A program made the translations under genes and the position numbers. From the NCBI GenBank assembly GCA_963840855.1, contig CAWJBB010000062.1, forward strand, positions 32,001 to 96,000: a DNA stretch of 64,000 nt. The letters are read 5' to 3'. The stretch is from an uncultured delta proteobacterium (GTDB lineage: Bacteria > Desulfobacterota > Binatia > UBA9968). Below the pieces are notes generated by a model. That model worked only from the letters and a program-made list of their open reading frames with translations, made no database searches and was not told where the DNA came from. Below are positions 22,006 through 31,110 of this stretch, piece after piece (the stretch's first letter is position 1; every line of letters starts with the position of its first letter).

Positions 22006-22866
22006 ATGGCCGAATACTATGCCTTGCAGGCCGCCCTCTGTTTCTCCATTGCCCATATCTTTGTCCGGCGCGGCTTGGTTCATTCCAACGCTTTCACCGG
22101 CTCGGTGATTTCACTCGGTACCAGCGCGACCATACTTTGGCTCCTGGCGCTGATCATGGTTCCATTGTCCGTTTTGCGATCTCCCGCTGTCGGTTACTTT
22201 ATCGCTGCCGGTTTTTTTGCGCCGGCGATCGGACAAACCCTCGGGTACATCGGTATGGAGCGCATTGGAGTTGCGCGGTCAGCACCGATCGTCAACACAT
22301 CCCCGATGTTTTCTTCCATCTTCGCGGTTCTATTCTTGGGCGAGATATGGTTAGCGCGGAATATCATCGGGACCTGTCTGGTCATACTCGGGGTCGTCAT
22401 TCTGTCGTTGAGTAAAACGACAGGGGGCCATTGGAATAAGAAAGATATCGTTTATCCGGTGCTTGCCGCGCTGGCGTTTGGTATCTCAACAACGCTCAGG
22501 AAAACCGGCTTGATGACGGTGCACGTTCCGTTGTTGGCCGCCGCGATTACGGTCGGAACAGCGTTTTTTGTTTTATTGGGAATCATTTACCTCCAGGGAG
22601 GGCGCCGGGCGCTCCAGTTCAACCGGCAAAGCAGCGGCTGGCTATTCGGCGCCGCGCTGGTCAATACCGGCGCGATCCTATCTTTCTTTTCCGCGCTCAA
22701 TGTCGGCCAGATCGTGCGCGTCGAGCCCTTGGTGGCTTGCAATCCCCTGCTGACGATCATTTTGGCCGCTTTTTTCCTCAAGCAAATTGAGCAATTAACC
22801 TCTCGTGTCCTGGTCGGCGCAGTAGTTACGGTAATTGGCACAGTGCTGGTGGTGACGGCAAAATAA
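22006..22866 (+). CDS. EamA/DMT-family transporter
   Basis: About 10 TM helices, two EamA repeats, FAPAIG...IGVARSAPI. Confidence 0.88.
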   Translation: MAEYYALQAALCFSIAHIFVRRGLVHSNAFTGSVISLGTSATILWLLALIMVPLSVLRSPAVGYFIAAGFFAPAIGQTLGYIGMERIGVARSAPIVNTSPMFSSIFAVLFLGEIWLARNIIGTCLVILGVVILSLSKTTGGHWNKKDIVYPVLAALAFGISTTLRKTGLMTVHVPLLAAAITVGTAFFVLLGIIYLQGGRRALQFNRQSSGWLFGAALVNTGAILSFFSALNVGQIVRVEPLVACNPLLTIILAAFFLKQIEQLTSRVLVGAVVTVIGTVLVVTAK

Positions 22867-22875
22867 GGACGCTTC

Positions 22876-23736
22876 GTGGAGATATACTTCTCGTTTCAAG
22901 CAGCGCTGTGCTTTTCCATCGCTCATATTTTGATCCGGCGAGGGCTGGTCGAATCTAACGCATTAACGGGCTCGTTCATTTCTCTATCCATCAGCGCCGT
23001 AGTGTCATGGGCGCTGGTGGCGTTTTTTGTGTCGCCGTCTGAGGTACGGATCCCAGCGGTATTAATTTTTATGACGGCGGGTATTTTCGCGCCGGGCATT
23101 GGCCGAACTCTAAGCTACGTGGGCATCGAAAAGATCGGCGTTGCCCGGTCGGTTCCGATTGCCAACTCCTCGCCGATCGTCGCCTCTATTTTTGCGGTCA
23201 TCTTTCTGGGAGAGTCATGGGTGCCGCGTAATATTGCCGGTACGTTGTCGGTCATCGCGGGCGTCGTAGTTCTGTCCATGGCCAAGCCCGCCCGGGGGCC
23301 CTGGCGCAAGTTTGATGTGATCTATCCGCTTATTGGCGCGGCTGCCTTCGGGGCGTCGACGACGCTGCGAAAAGCAGGTTTGGGTTATAGCAATATGCCC
23401 ATATTGGCGGCAGCCGTGACCGCGGCAGCGGCGGCGATATTCTCGTTTATTTTAATGCAGGTCCGAGGCGGTAAAGTAGCGCTCAAGCTGACGCGCAAAA
23501 GCGCCGCCTGGTTATTCGCCGCCGGTTTTTGCAACACCGCGGCGATGCTGTCGGTGTTCTACGCCTTGAGCCATGGCAAAGTGGTGATCGTCGAACCACT
23601 TGTGAGTTCCAATCCCGTCCTTACTTTGTTGCTGACGTCGATATTTTTGCGCGACGTGGAAGCTTTGAGCACGCGCGTGATTATCGGCGCGCTGCTGACG
23701 GTGGCGGGGACTATTCTAGTTATCACCGCGAAATAA
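22876..23736 (+). CDS. EamA/DMT-family transporter (tandem paralogue)
   Basis: Shares QAALCFSIAHI, IGVARS, VEPLV and the VTAK/ITAK end with the preceding gene. Confidence 0.88.
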   Translation: MEIYFSFQAALCFSIAHILIRRGLVESNALTGSFISLSISAVVSWALVAFFVSPSEVRIPAVLIFMTAGIFAPGIGRTLSYVGIEKIGVARSVPIANSSPIVASIFAVIFLGESWVPRNIAGTLSVIAGVVVLSMAKPARGPWRKFDVIYPLIGAAAFGASTTLRKAGLGYSNMPILAAAVTAAAAAIFSFILMQVRGGKVALKLTRKSAAWLFAAGFCNTAAMLSVFYALSHGKVVIVEPLVSSNPVLTLLLTSIFLRDVEALSTRVIIGALLTVAGTILVITAK

Positions 23737-23998
23737 CGATGACGGACGGATTGGCGTCATGGGGACATTCAAAAGTCAAAGCGATACATCGCGAAATCGG
23801 ATTTTGGATCTGAGCGCTGATTACGGATTCAATTCATCAAAATCTATCGACTTCAGGCACGGCAACAGATGACGTCGTAGACAAGTGAAAAACGCTGCGG
23901 TAGAAAAAAAGGCATCAGGTATAATAGTCATATCACAGAAGCCACATGGCATATTTAGGTTGCAGCCTCAGTGTGAGGTCATTGTTGAGCGACTTCCC

Positions 23999-25294
23999 AT
24001 GCGCGACACGTCACACCCGCTTCCGGTGTCGTTACGCCCACTGAGCTTCGACGGCCCACTCGGACAGCAAATCGTCGAATTACACATGTGGGTGGTACGC
24101 GAAGGACTTCGCGGCGCTGCCGCCGCTGCGCTTTTCGATGGTCTCTGTCAGCGCCTCGTGATCGCTGGGGTGCCTCTGTGGCGCGCTTTCATAGGAATGC
24201 CGACGTTGCATCCGCAGTGGGGCGGCTACAGCTACACCTGGCGGCGGGACCTCAATGCCATCGAGCCCGCGCAATTTGGCCGCGGCGACGAGTACCAGCA
24301 GATCTTGCTGAATAGCCCCTTCGGCTATCTGATCCGGCAAGTAGAAAACTCCGCCCAAGAGGCAGATCCCTGGCAGTACTTGCGTCGCCGTCTCGCCGGA
24401 CCCGAGGCACAGCTCGATTTTCCCATTCTCAAGGAGTTAGCCGCCACTGGCGCATCCGATTATTTCGCCGAGGTCGTCCGCTTCGGCGCGGGCGGGGACC
24501 CTTCCCATGGCACCGGCATCGGCTATTCGTTTGCGAGCGACTTGCCGGGGGGCTTCCGCGACGATGACCTGGTATTGCTGCGGGCCGTGCTGCCGGCCGT
24601 ATCTCTCGCGATGATGACACATGCCGGCCACACGATTGCCTCCGGTCTCCTGGGAGCCTACCTGGGCGGCGATGCCGGCGGGCGTGTTCATGCGGGCGCG
24701 GTGGAGCGCGGCTCGGTCGAAAGTGTTCGCGCTGTGCTATGGTACGCCGATATCCGCGGCTTCACGGCGATCGCCGACACGACGCCGGGGCTCATTCTCA
24801 TCGAGTTGCTCAACGCAATCTTTGAGACGCTTACGGCTTCACTGCGCCCGTGCGGTGGCCAAGTGCTGAAATTCCTCGGCGACGGCATGCTCGCGACCTT
24901 TCCCTTCGTGGATGCGACGCGGGATGAAACCTGCGGCCGGGCCCTCGATGCTGCAGCGGAAGCGATGTATGGTCTCGATCGGCTCAATGCCGAGCGGCGC
25001 GAGGCCGGCAAGCCAATTGCCGAGGTTGACCTCGCGCTCCATATCGGCGAGGTGCTCTATGGCAATGTCGGCGCCGTCGACCGCCTCGACTTCACCGTAA
25101 TCGGGCCGGCGGTCAACGAAGTCGCGCGCATCGAGACCTTGTGCGAGCCCCTGGGGCGCAAGGTGCTTATCTCCGCCGAGCTTGCCTCGGTGGTCGGCGA
25201 CAGGCGCCGTCTTGAGCCGCTCGGCTACCACACGCTGCGCGGCGTGCGAGACCCACGAGAGATCTACGGGCTCGATCTTGGCTTTAAATCATGA
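23999..25294 (+). CDS. Class III adenylate/guanylate cyclase with N-terminal GAF-like region
   Basis: YADIRGFT, LKFLGDG, GNVGAVDRLDFTVIGPAVNEVAR; TLHPQ in the N-terminal domain. Start uncertain. Confidence 0.9.
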   Translation: MRDTSHPLPVSLRPLSFDGPLGQQIVELHMWVVREGLRGAAAAALFDGLCQRLVIAGVPLWRAFIGMPTLHPQWGGYSYTWRRDLNAIEPAQFGRGDEYQQILLNSPFGYLIRQVENSAQEADPWQYLRRRLAGPEAQLDFPILKELAATGASDYFAEVVRFGAGGDPSHGTGIGYSFASDLPGGFRDDDLVLLRAVLPAVSLAMMTHAGHTIASGLLGAYLGGDAGGRVHAGAVERGSVESVRAVLWYADIRGFTAIADTTPGLILIELLNAIFETLTASLRPCGGQVLKFLGDGMLATFPFVDATRDETCGRALDAAAEAMYGLDRLNAERREAGKPIAEVDLALHIGEVLYGNVGAVDRLDFTVIGPAVNEVARIETLCEPLGRKVLISAELASVVGDRRRLEPLGYHTLRGVRDPREIYGLDLGFKS

Positions 25295-25494
25295 AGTGTT
25301 GCGGAAATGCGTGTTCGCTCGAGCCTGACGAACACACTGGCACCACAGCCATCCCGGGGCGCGGCTGAATGAGCAACAAGGTTTGCCGTGCCTGACCGAT
25401 GACCTCATTTTCCTGCGCCCGAGGATCTGCTAGCGTCTATTTATTCCCATCACATTGACGCGTGCATCGCGTCCAAGAAGAGGAGAGTGCCAGA

Positions 25495-26151
25495 ATGAGA
25501 TCAATCATTTTTCTACTCATCGCAGCTCTATTTCCCGCGTGCGCCACCACCTCGAGCCGTGAATCCATGGAGGCAGATATTGACCAGGCTGCAGCGATCA
25601 TCGAACGGTTTGAGGCGATCCCGGAGAGCGCGATCCCGCCCGCAGTCATGCGCTCTGCGAGGGGCCTGGCAATTCTTACCGTAACGAAAGCCGCCTTCAT
25701 CGGTGGTGTCAGGGGCGGCACGGGAATTTTCGTTGCGCGGACCGAAAAGGGTTGGAGCGGTCCGTCAGCAATCGGCACAGGAGGATTGGGGGTCGGCTTT
25801 CAGGCTGGCGTTGAGGTTGCCGAGCTCGTTATAGTTCTTAATACTCAGGAGGCTGTGAACGCCTTCGCCAAAGGCGGTAACGTGACCCTTGGAGGCGCTC
25901 TGAGTGTAGCGGCGGGTCCGGTGGGACGTACCGCCGAGGCCGGCGTGGCCGTGGGGGCGGCTGTGTATACTTACAGCCGCAGTCAGGGGCTTTTTGCCGG
26001 TGTGTCGCTCGAGGGAACTGTGATAGCCGCCAGAGACCGGGTCAACGCAGCGTATTACGGTGATCCGGTCGAACCGAGGGAGATTCTCGCAGGCAAGATA
26101 CAGCCGCCCGCCAGTGCTCAGAAGTTGTTGGCCGTTCTATCGAAATACTGA
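25495..26151 (+). CDS. Ysc84/SYLF lipid-binding domain lipoprotein
   Basis: Lipobox-like FPAC, GWSGPSAI, GFQAG, AAGPVGR, YSRSQGLFAGVSLEG. Confidence 0.9.
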   Translation: MRSIIFLLIAALFPACATTSSRESMEADIDQAAAIIERFEAIPESAIPPAVMRSARGLAILTVTKAAFIGGVRGGTGIFVARTEKGWSGPSAIGTGGLGVGFQAGVEVAELVIVLNTQEAVNAFAKGGNVTLGGALSVAAGPVGRTAEAGVAVGAAVYTYSRSQGLFAGVSLEGTVIAARDRVNAAYYGDPVEPREILAGKIQPPASAQKLLAVLSKY

Positions 26152-26210
26152 TCCCAAATTTATCGAGCGAACATCGCAGCTATTTCCCGGGCACATCCTG
26201 GACCGGCAAC

Positions 26211-26429
26211 TCAATGATTCTTCAGGCTCATGAACCGCCGCGCTGTAGCTTTTAGTTTAGGCAGGTCTCTAGAGACGCTAGCGGCGATGCGTTTCAGCAG
26301 ATTAGGCGCTGGAATCGATTTGTAGCGCGCTCGTCTCAGTGTTTCTCGTTCCGCTTCTGCCCGCTGGGCTTCATTCCAGGTGATATGAACCATTTTTTTT
26401 GCCTGCTCTTGCTTAGGTTGCTTTTCCAT
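26211..26429 (-). CDS. Small basic hypothetical protein (72 aa)
   Basis: ATG preceded by GGAGG; no recognised motif. Confidence 0.4.
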   Translation of the reverse strand: MEKQPKQEQAKKMVHITWNEAQRAEAERETLRRARYKSIPAPNLLKRIAASVSRDLPKLKATARRFMSLKNH

Positions 26430-26644
26430 TCGAACCTCCGACAACCTGAGTATATGGTCGACCGGCAATGATCAAGGGTTAAAATTAGATATCGCTGAAA
26501 AAATCCTCCCCCAGACGCCCCCCGACACTTTGCCGCACGCCTTTTGAATATCGACCGGCGAAAAAAGAAGATTCGCAAGAAAAGAAAGCGTGGCCCCGAT
26601 TATCCTTCGAAATGACAAGCCGGGTGCATTGTCATCCCGAACGA

Positions 26645-26776
26645 CAGACTGTGTGAAAACTCTTAGGAGCCCTTCGACGACGCTTAGGGCGAACGGGTAA
26701 ATATTTGAATTGTAATGTCTGGCATCCGTTCGTGGTGAGCCCCGTCGAACCATGAACGCAGTTTTCGCACGGTCTG
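26645..26776. mobile_element. 132-bp MITE with IS1182-like ends, inserted into a REP-like hairpin
   Basis: TIRs CAGACTGTGTGAAAACT and AGTTTTCGCACGGTCTG (15/17); ACGA duplicated at 26641-26644 and 26777-26780; internal palindromic repeat. Confidence 0.7.
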
Positions 26777-26981
26777 ACGAAGAGGGATGTTGACCAAACT
26801 GACCACTAACTTGAATATGAGTACGATGACACGGAGAATCTTGTCTGATTCCGGCGGGCGCTAAAAGTTTTCCTTGCGCAAGTCGTTTCGTTTAACTAGG
26901 ATCGCCACGTCGCAGTCACATCTCTGGTGTTCCAGCTTTTTGTTCTGTCTAAAGCTAATTTTTCACGAGAGGAGACACGCC

Positions 26982-28094
26982 ATGATCACTTTCGGTCGGA
27001 AGAGACCCATCGTTAGAGCTCTTGTCGCTCTCACCTTGATGCTTGCCTCAACCCCCTTCGTCGAAGCGTTACAAGCGGCCGAAGCAAAGCAGCAAGCAGG
27101 GCCGAAGCGCCACAAGCTTGCCGCCACGCTGGAAACAACCCAGTGGGGTTGGCTTGATCCTAATGAAGCTCCCAAGCTTACGGTCAATTCGGGGGATATC
27201 GTCTCCATTGAGACCATGATGCACTCCCACAATAAGATCCAGCCGGGCACCACGATGGAGGAGATCGTCGCGCTAAGAAAGGCTAATCCGGGCGGAGGGC
27301 CGCACTCTGTGACCGGTCCCATCTACGTCAATGGCGCCGAGCCCGGAGATGTCATGGAGATTCGCATCTTGACAATCACACCGAAGCCCTTTGGGGTTAA
27401 CTTCAACCTTCCGGGCAAGGACTTCCCCACGATCGGCGCGCTGGCTCCCGAATTTCCCGAAGGATTCGTCAAGTACTTCAATTTGGATTGGAAAAACCGC
27501 CAGGCCGAGTTTAAACCGGGTATCACGATCGATATAAAACCGTTTCCGGGAACCCTGGCAGTCGGGATCGACCCCAACGACCCTTCGCCACGCAAGGGCG
27601 GGGCTAAAGATCCGATGGCGCCGGTTTCAACGCTGCGGCCCTGGAAGAACGGCTCCAACATGGATCTTAACGAACTTCAGGAGGGAAGCACCATCTTCAT
27701 TCCGGTCTTTCTGAAGGGCGGGCTGATATGGACCGGAGACTCGCACTGCCGGCAGGGAAACGGCGAGGTCAATCTCACCGCGCTGGAGTGTGCCTTTCGG
27801 GACATCACGCTGCAATTGATCGTCCGCAAGGACATGAAGCTAGAGTGGCCGCGAGCGGAGAACAAAAGCCACTGGATCTTCATGGGCTTCGATGAAGACC
27901 TTAATAAGGCGATGGTTAGCGCTGTCCGCGAAACGGTTGATTTTCTAGCGAGTCAAAAAATGGTGGGTGTGGATCGTTACGAGGCTTACTCGATAACCTC
28001 GATGGTGGCTGACTGTCGCGTGACCCAGGTAGTTGATATCCGCAAAGGGGTCCACTGCATGGTCCCTAAAGCTATTTTTTCCAAAAAGAAGTAG
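26982..28094 (+). CDS. Acetamidase/formamidase-family amidase with signal peptide
   Basis: HSVTGPIYVNGAEPGD, PFPG, GSNMD, GDSHCRQGNGEV, VTQVVD; basic/hydrophobic N-terminus ending ALQA. Confidence 0.88.
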   Translation: MITFGRKRPIVRALVALTLMLASTPFVEALQAAEAKQQAGPKRHKLAATLETTQWGWLDPNEAPKLTVNSGDIVSIETMMHSHNKIQPGTTMEEIVALRKANPGGGPHSVTGPIYVNGAEPGDVMEIRILTITPKPFGVNFNLPGKDFPTIGALAPEFPEGFVKYFNLDWKNRQAEFKPGITIDIKPFPGTLAVGIDPNDPSPRKGGAKDPMAPVSTLRPWKNGSNMDLNELQEGSTIFIPVFLKGGLIWTGDSHCRQGNGEVNLTALECAFRDITLQLIVRKDMKLEWPRAENKSHWIFMGFDEDLNKAMVSAVRETVDFLASQKMVGVDRYEAYSITSMVADCRVTQVVDIRKGVHCMVPKAIFSKKK

Positions 28095-28097
28095 CGG

Positions 28098-29006
28098 GTG
28101 CTCTACGCGCTTCCATTCCTCCTGCTGTGGATCGCTGTTGCCTGGGGCGCCGCCCCGGTTTCTGTAGTTACGACCTCAACGGACTTGAAGGCCCTAGCGG
28201 AGGCTGTGGGAGGGGAGAGAGTCCAGGTGGAGAGCCTCGCTCCTCCGCTGCACGATCCGCACGCTTTGGAGGTCAAGCCAGGCCAACTGTCTAAGATCAA
28301 AGCTGCGTCTTTGCTCGTCAGGATCGGCCTCGATCACGAGCCCTGGCTTGGCCGCGCTCTGCGGACCCTGAGTGATCGCCGCTTTGTCCGCGACAGCCCG
28401 CACTATCTCGATACCTCTAAGGGAATCCAACTCCTTCAGGCGGAGACTCCGAGAGTCCGGGCGGATAAGGGAGCGCACGTCCACGGCTTCGGTAATACCC
28501 ACTACTGGCTTGATCCGGAAAACAGCAAGCCTATCACTGCAGCAATCCTGGAAGCCTTGGATCGCCTGGTCCCTGGGGAGCGCCGCTATTTTGAGGCGAA
28601 CCGAAAGCGATTCCTCGACCAACTCGATAAACGGCTAAATATTTGGTTGCGCGCTATGGCTTCCTACAAGGGCACGCGAGCAATTGCGGTTCACGAGACA
28701 TGGCCCTATTTTGCCCAACGCTTCGGCCTTGTGGTCGTCGCGGTTGTGGAGCCAATCCCAGGAGTCCCGCCTTCTCCATCATACCTTGCTAGCCTTATTC
28801 AGAAGATGCGAGACTCCGGGGTTAGGCTACTGATAGCCGAGCCTTACTCGAATGCCTCAGTGGTAAGACAGATCGCGGCGCAAAGCGGTGCCACCGCCAT
28901 TACGCTGATTCCCTCGGTGGGCGGAGATCCGGAGGCTGCTGATTATCTCAGCCTCTTCGACCTCAACATCAAGCGGCTCTCAGAGGCTGCAGCCGCGGCG
29001 CGCTAG
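28098..29006 (+). CDS. Zn/Mn (TroA/ZnuA-like) ABC substrate-binding protein
   Basis: HDPH, GLDHEPW, HVH.FGNTHYWLDP, HETWPYF, EP.PGVPPS. Confidence 0.9.
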   Translation: MLYALPFLLLWIAVAWGAAPVSVVTTSTDLKALAEAVGGERVQVESLAPPLHDPHALEVKPGQLSKIKAASLLVRIGLDHEPWLGRALRTLSDRRFVRDSPHYLDTSKGIQLLQAETPRVRADKGAHVHGFGNTHYWLDPENSKPITAAILEALDRLVPGERRYFEANRKRFLDQLDKRLNIWLRAMASYKGTRAIAVHETWPYFAQRFGLVVVAVVEPIPGVPPSPSYLASLIQKMRDSGVRLLIAEPYSNASVVRQIAAQSGATAITLIPSVGGDPEAADYLSLFDLNIKRLSEAAAAAR

Positions 29007-29033
29007 GAAGTTTGACTATTCCATCATGAGAAG

Positions 29034-30320
29034 ATGATTTCGACTATCGAGTATCTCTGGGTGCCATTCTTGGCCTGCTTGGTTCTCACCGGTATCCACG
29101 TCTACCTGGGCCTCCACGTCCTGGCCCGGGGCATCATCTTCGTTGATTTGGCCCTTGCTCAGGTAGCGGCTCTGGGAATCACAGTCGCCCTTCTTGCCGG
29201 CCACCCGATCCAGAGCGAAGCAGCGTATTGGTATGCCCTGGCGTTCACAATGGCCGGGAGTCTCCTCTTTGCCATGAGCCGAACCCATCGAGCCCCGATT
29301 CCTCAGGAAGCCATCATTGGGATCGTGTATGCCGTGTCGGCAGCCATCGCCATCCTAGTGATTGATCGCGCGCCACAAGGTAGCGAGCATATTAAACAGC
29401 TCCTCGTGGGAAGCATACTTACAGTCACCTTGAAAGAAGTTGGTACTCTGGCGCTTTTGTATGCGATCGTCGGCTCAATCCACTGGACGATCCGCCGGCC
29501 GCTGCTGGAGATCTCGCTTGATCCTGAAGCGGCCGCAAGCAAAGGGCGGCGGGTGCATTGGTGGGATTTTGTCTTCTATTCCTCTTTCGGGCTTGTCGTT
29601 ACGAGTTCTGTGCAAATCGCCGGGGTCCTGCTGGTCTTCTCCTACCTGATTGTCCCCGCGGCTATCGCAGCCCTTCTCGCTCGCTCAGTAAGCGCAAGGT
29701 TAGCTCTCGGCTGGGGGCTTGGCTTTGTCGTTAGCATCCTCGGCCTCGTCGCCTCCGCCGCCTGGGATCTTCCCACCGGGGCCACGGTCGTGACAACGTT
29801 CGGCGTATCCGTGGCGGCCGTCGTCGTCTGGCTCGCTCTACTGGCCCTTATTCAAGCGACCAGAGCTAAAGGCCTAGGCGCGTTTGCCGGCGCGGGCATT
29901 GCTGCTTTTGCCATGGTGGGACTGGCTGGCTTCTTGCTCTGTACCTTTCCGCAGATAGACCACCATTGGCTCAACTGGCTGGAAAAGGCAGTGCCCACTG
30001 TCCAACTCGCTTTTCTCACTTCCGACGAGCGCGAAACCTATCGGGATAGCCAAGAAGCAGTTCAGCAAGGGCAGGGCGAAATCCGACGGCTGCGCGCCAT
30101 GCAGGAACAAGTGCAGTGGGGTGCTCGCGAGATGACCGAAGAGATGCAGGAGCGCCTTAGACAGTATCTTGCGAGCCGGAGCGAAATCATCGCCGGTGAC
30201 CAGATAGTGCTCAAGCATCTTCAAACGACGGCAAGACAACGCCAACGTTTTTGGTTGGGCATCCCATTCCTTTTGATCGGAGCTGGAGGCGCTCTCACTC
30301 TGGCTCGCGCGAGACGGTAA
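29034..30320 (+). CDS. ABC-3 (ZnuB-like) metal permease with an extra C-terminal TM-helical-TM module
   Basis: HVYLGLHV, RGIIFVDLALAQ, QEAIIG, WDFVFY, GVLLVFSYLIVPA; long extension beyond the permease core. Confidence 0.85.
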   Translation: MISTIEYLWVPFLACLVLTGIHVYLGLHVLARGIIFVDLALAQVAALGITVALLAGHPIQSEAAYWYALAFTMAGSLLFAMSRTHRAPIPQEAIIGIVYAVSAAIAILVIDRAPQGSEHIKQLLVGSILTVTLKEVGTLALLYAIVGSIHWTIRRPLLEISLDPEAAASKGRRVHWWDFVFYSSFGLVVTSSVQIAGVLLVFSYLIVPAAIAALLARSVSARLALGWGLGFVVSILGLVASAAWDLPTGATVVTTFGVSVAAVVVWLALLALIQATRAKGLGAFAGAGIAAFAMVGLAGFLLCTFPQIDHHWLNWLEKAVPTVQLAFLTSDERETYRDSQEAVQQGQGEIRRLRAMQEQVQWGAREMTEEMQERLRQYLASRSEIIAGDQIVLKHLQTTARQRQRFWLGIPFLLIGAGGALTLARARR

Positions 30321-30919
30321 GATCAACACTAGCAAACATAGCTGGGGTGATGACAGCGACATCATAATAGGCGGCGACGGCGCCGGACGGTATTTCAACT
30401 GTTCGAATGAAAGAAAACACATGCTACCTGGGGGCCAGGATTTCAAATCTTGCGAATCTTGGCGGAGGATGGACGAGCGCAATCAAATCTTTGTCCTGAC
30501 ATTCGGTTTTTGCTGCAACCAGAATAGTTGGCGACGTTTCTCGGCATAAATGCCGATTGACATCTTCAACACGCCATATTTCTTCGTAGACGATTGGAAC
30601 GCTTGAAACGTGTGAAACGTTCGGAACCGTTTTGGTTCGACGAACGTGCCCAGACTACCTCCAACTTACCAAAAGCGCCTCTACTCTCGTGCAATTGACG
30701 GATAAAAGGCCTGCTTGAGTGGGTAGTCTGGATCGAGCCGGAAGGAGATCGTCGTTTGTAGGGCTTCTACGGGGGCCGGTTTTTACAGGACCGGACCTTG
30801 ATTTGGCAATAGGGAGTAGGCAAGAGGCTAGCCGGGAGGCGTGAGGCAACAGGTGGGAGGGGAGAAAGATGAAAGCGAAACCGGAACTGGAAAAAACAGC
30901 GACGGGCCAGCCCGACTGA

Positions 30920-31110
30920 TGAGCAATAAAAACTCGCTTTATGCATCAAAGAGCCTCTCTTTGTGAGCTATAAACAAAGTGTTGAAAAATCACGAGCTGG
31001 AACGGCTGAAAGCCTCAAAAATTAGGACAACCAACGTTGAGGCATATAGTCTGGCTTTTTTAATCAAATAATGGCAGTTTGTGAGTTATATGGGAGTTTT
31101 TTATAACTCA
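30920..31110 (+). promoter_or_regulatory. Repeated operator-like motif TGAG(C/T)(A/T)ATA upstream of the Fic gene
   Basis: TGAGCAATAAA (30920), TGAGCTATAAA (30964), and the inverted repeat TGAGTTATA-N11-TATAACTCA (31082-31110) covering the RBS and start. Confidence 0.5.

Noticed and set aside
25320-25390. attC-like site after the cyclase gene
   Set aside because: No matching RYYYAAC/GTTRRRY core pair, and no integron integrase in the window.
30730-30755. SRP RNA helix-8-like CCGGAAGG hairpin
   Set aside because: Lacks the conserved CAGG/AGCA internal loop.
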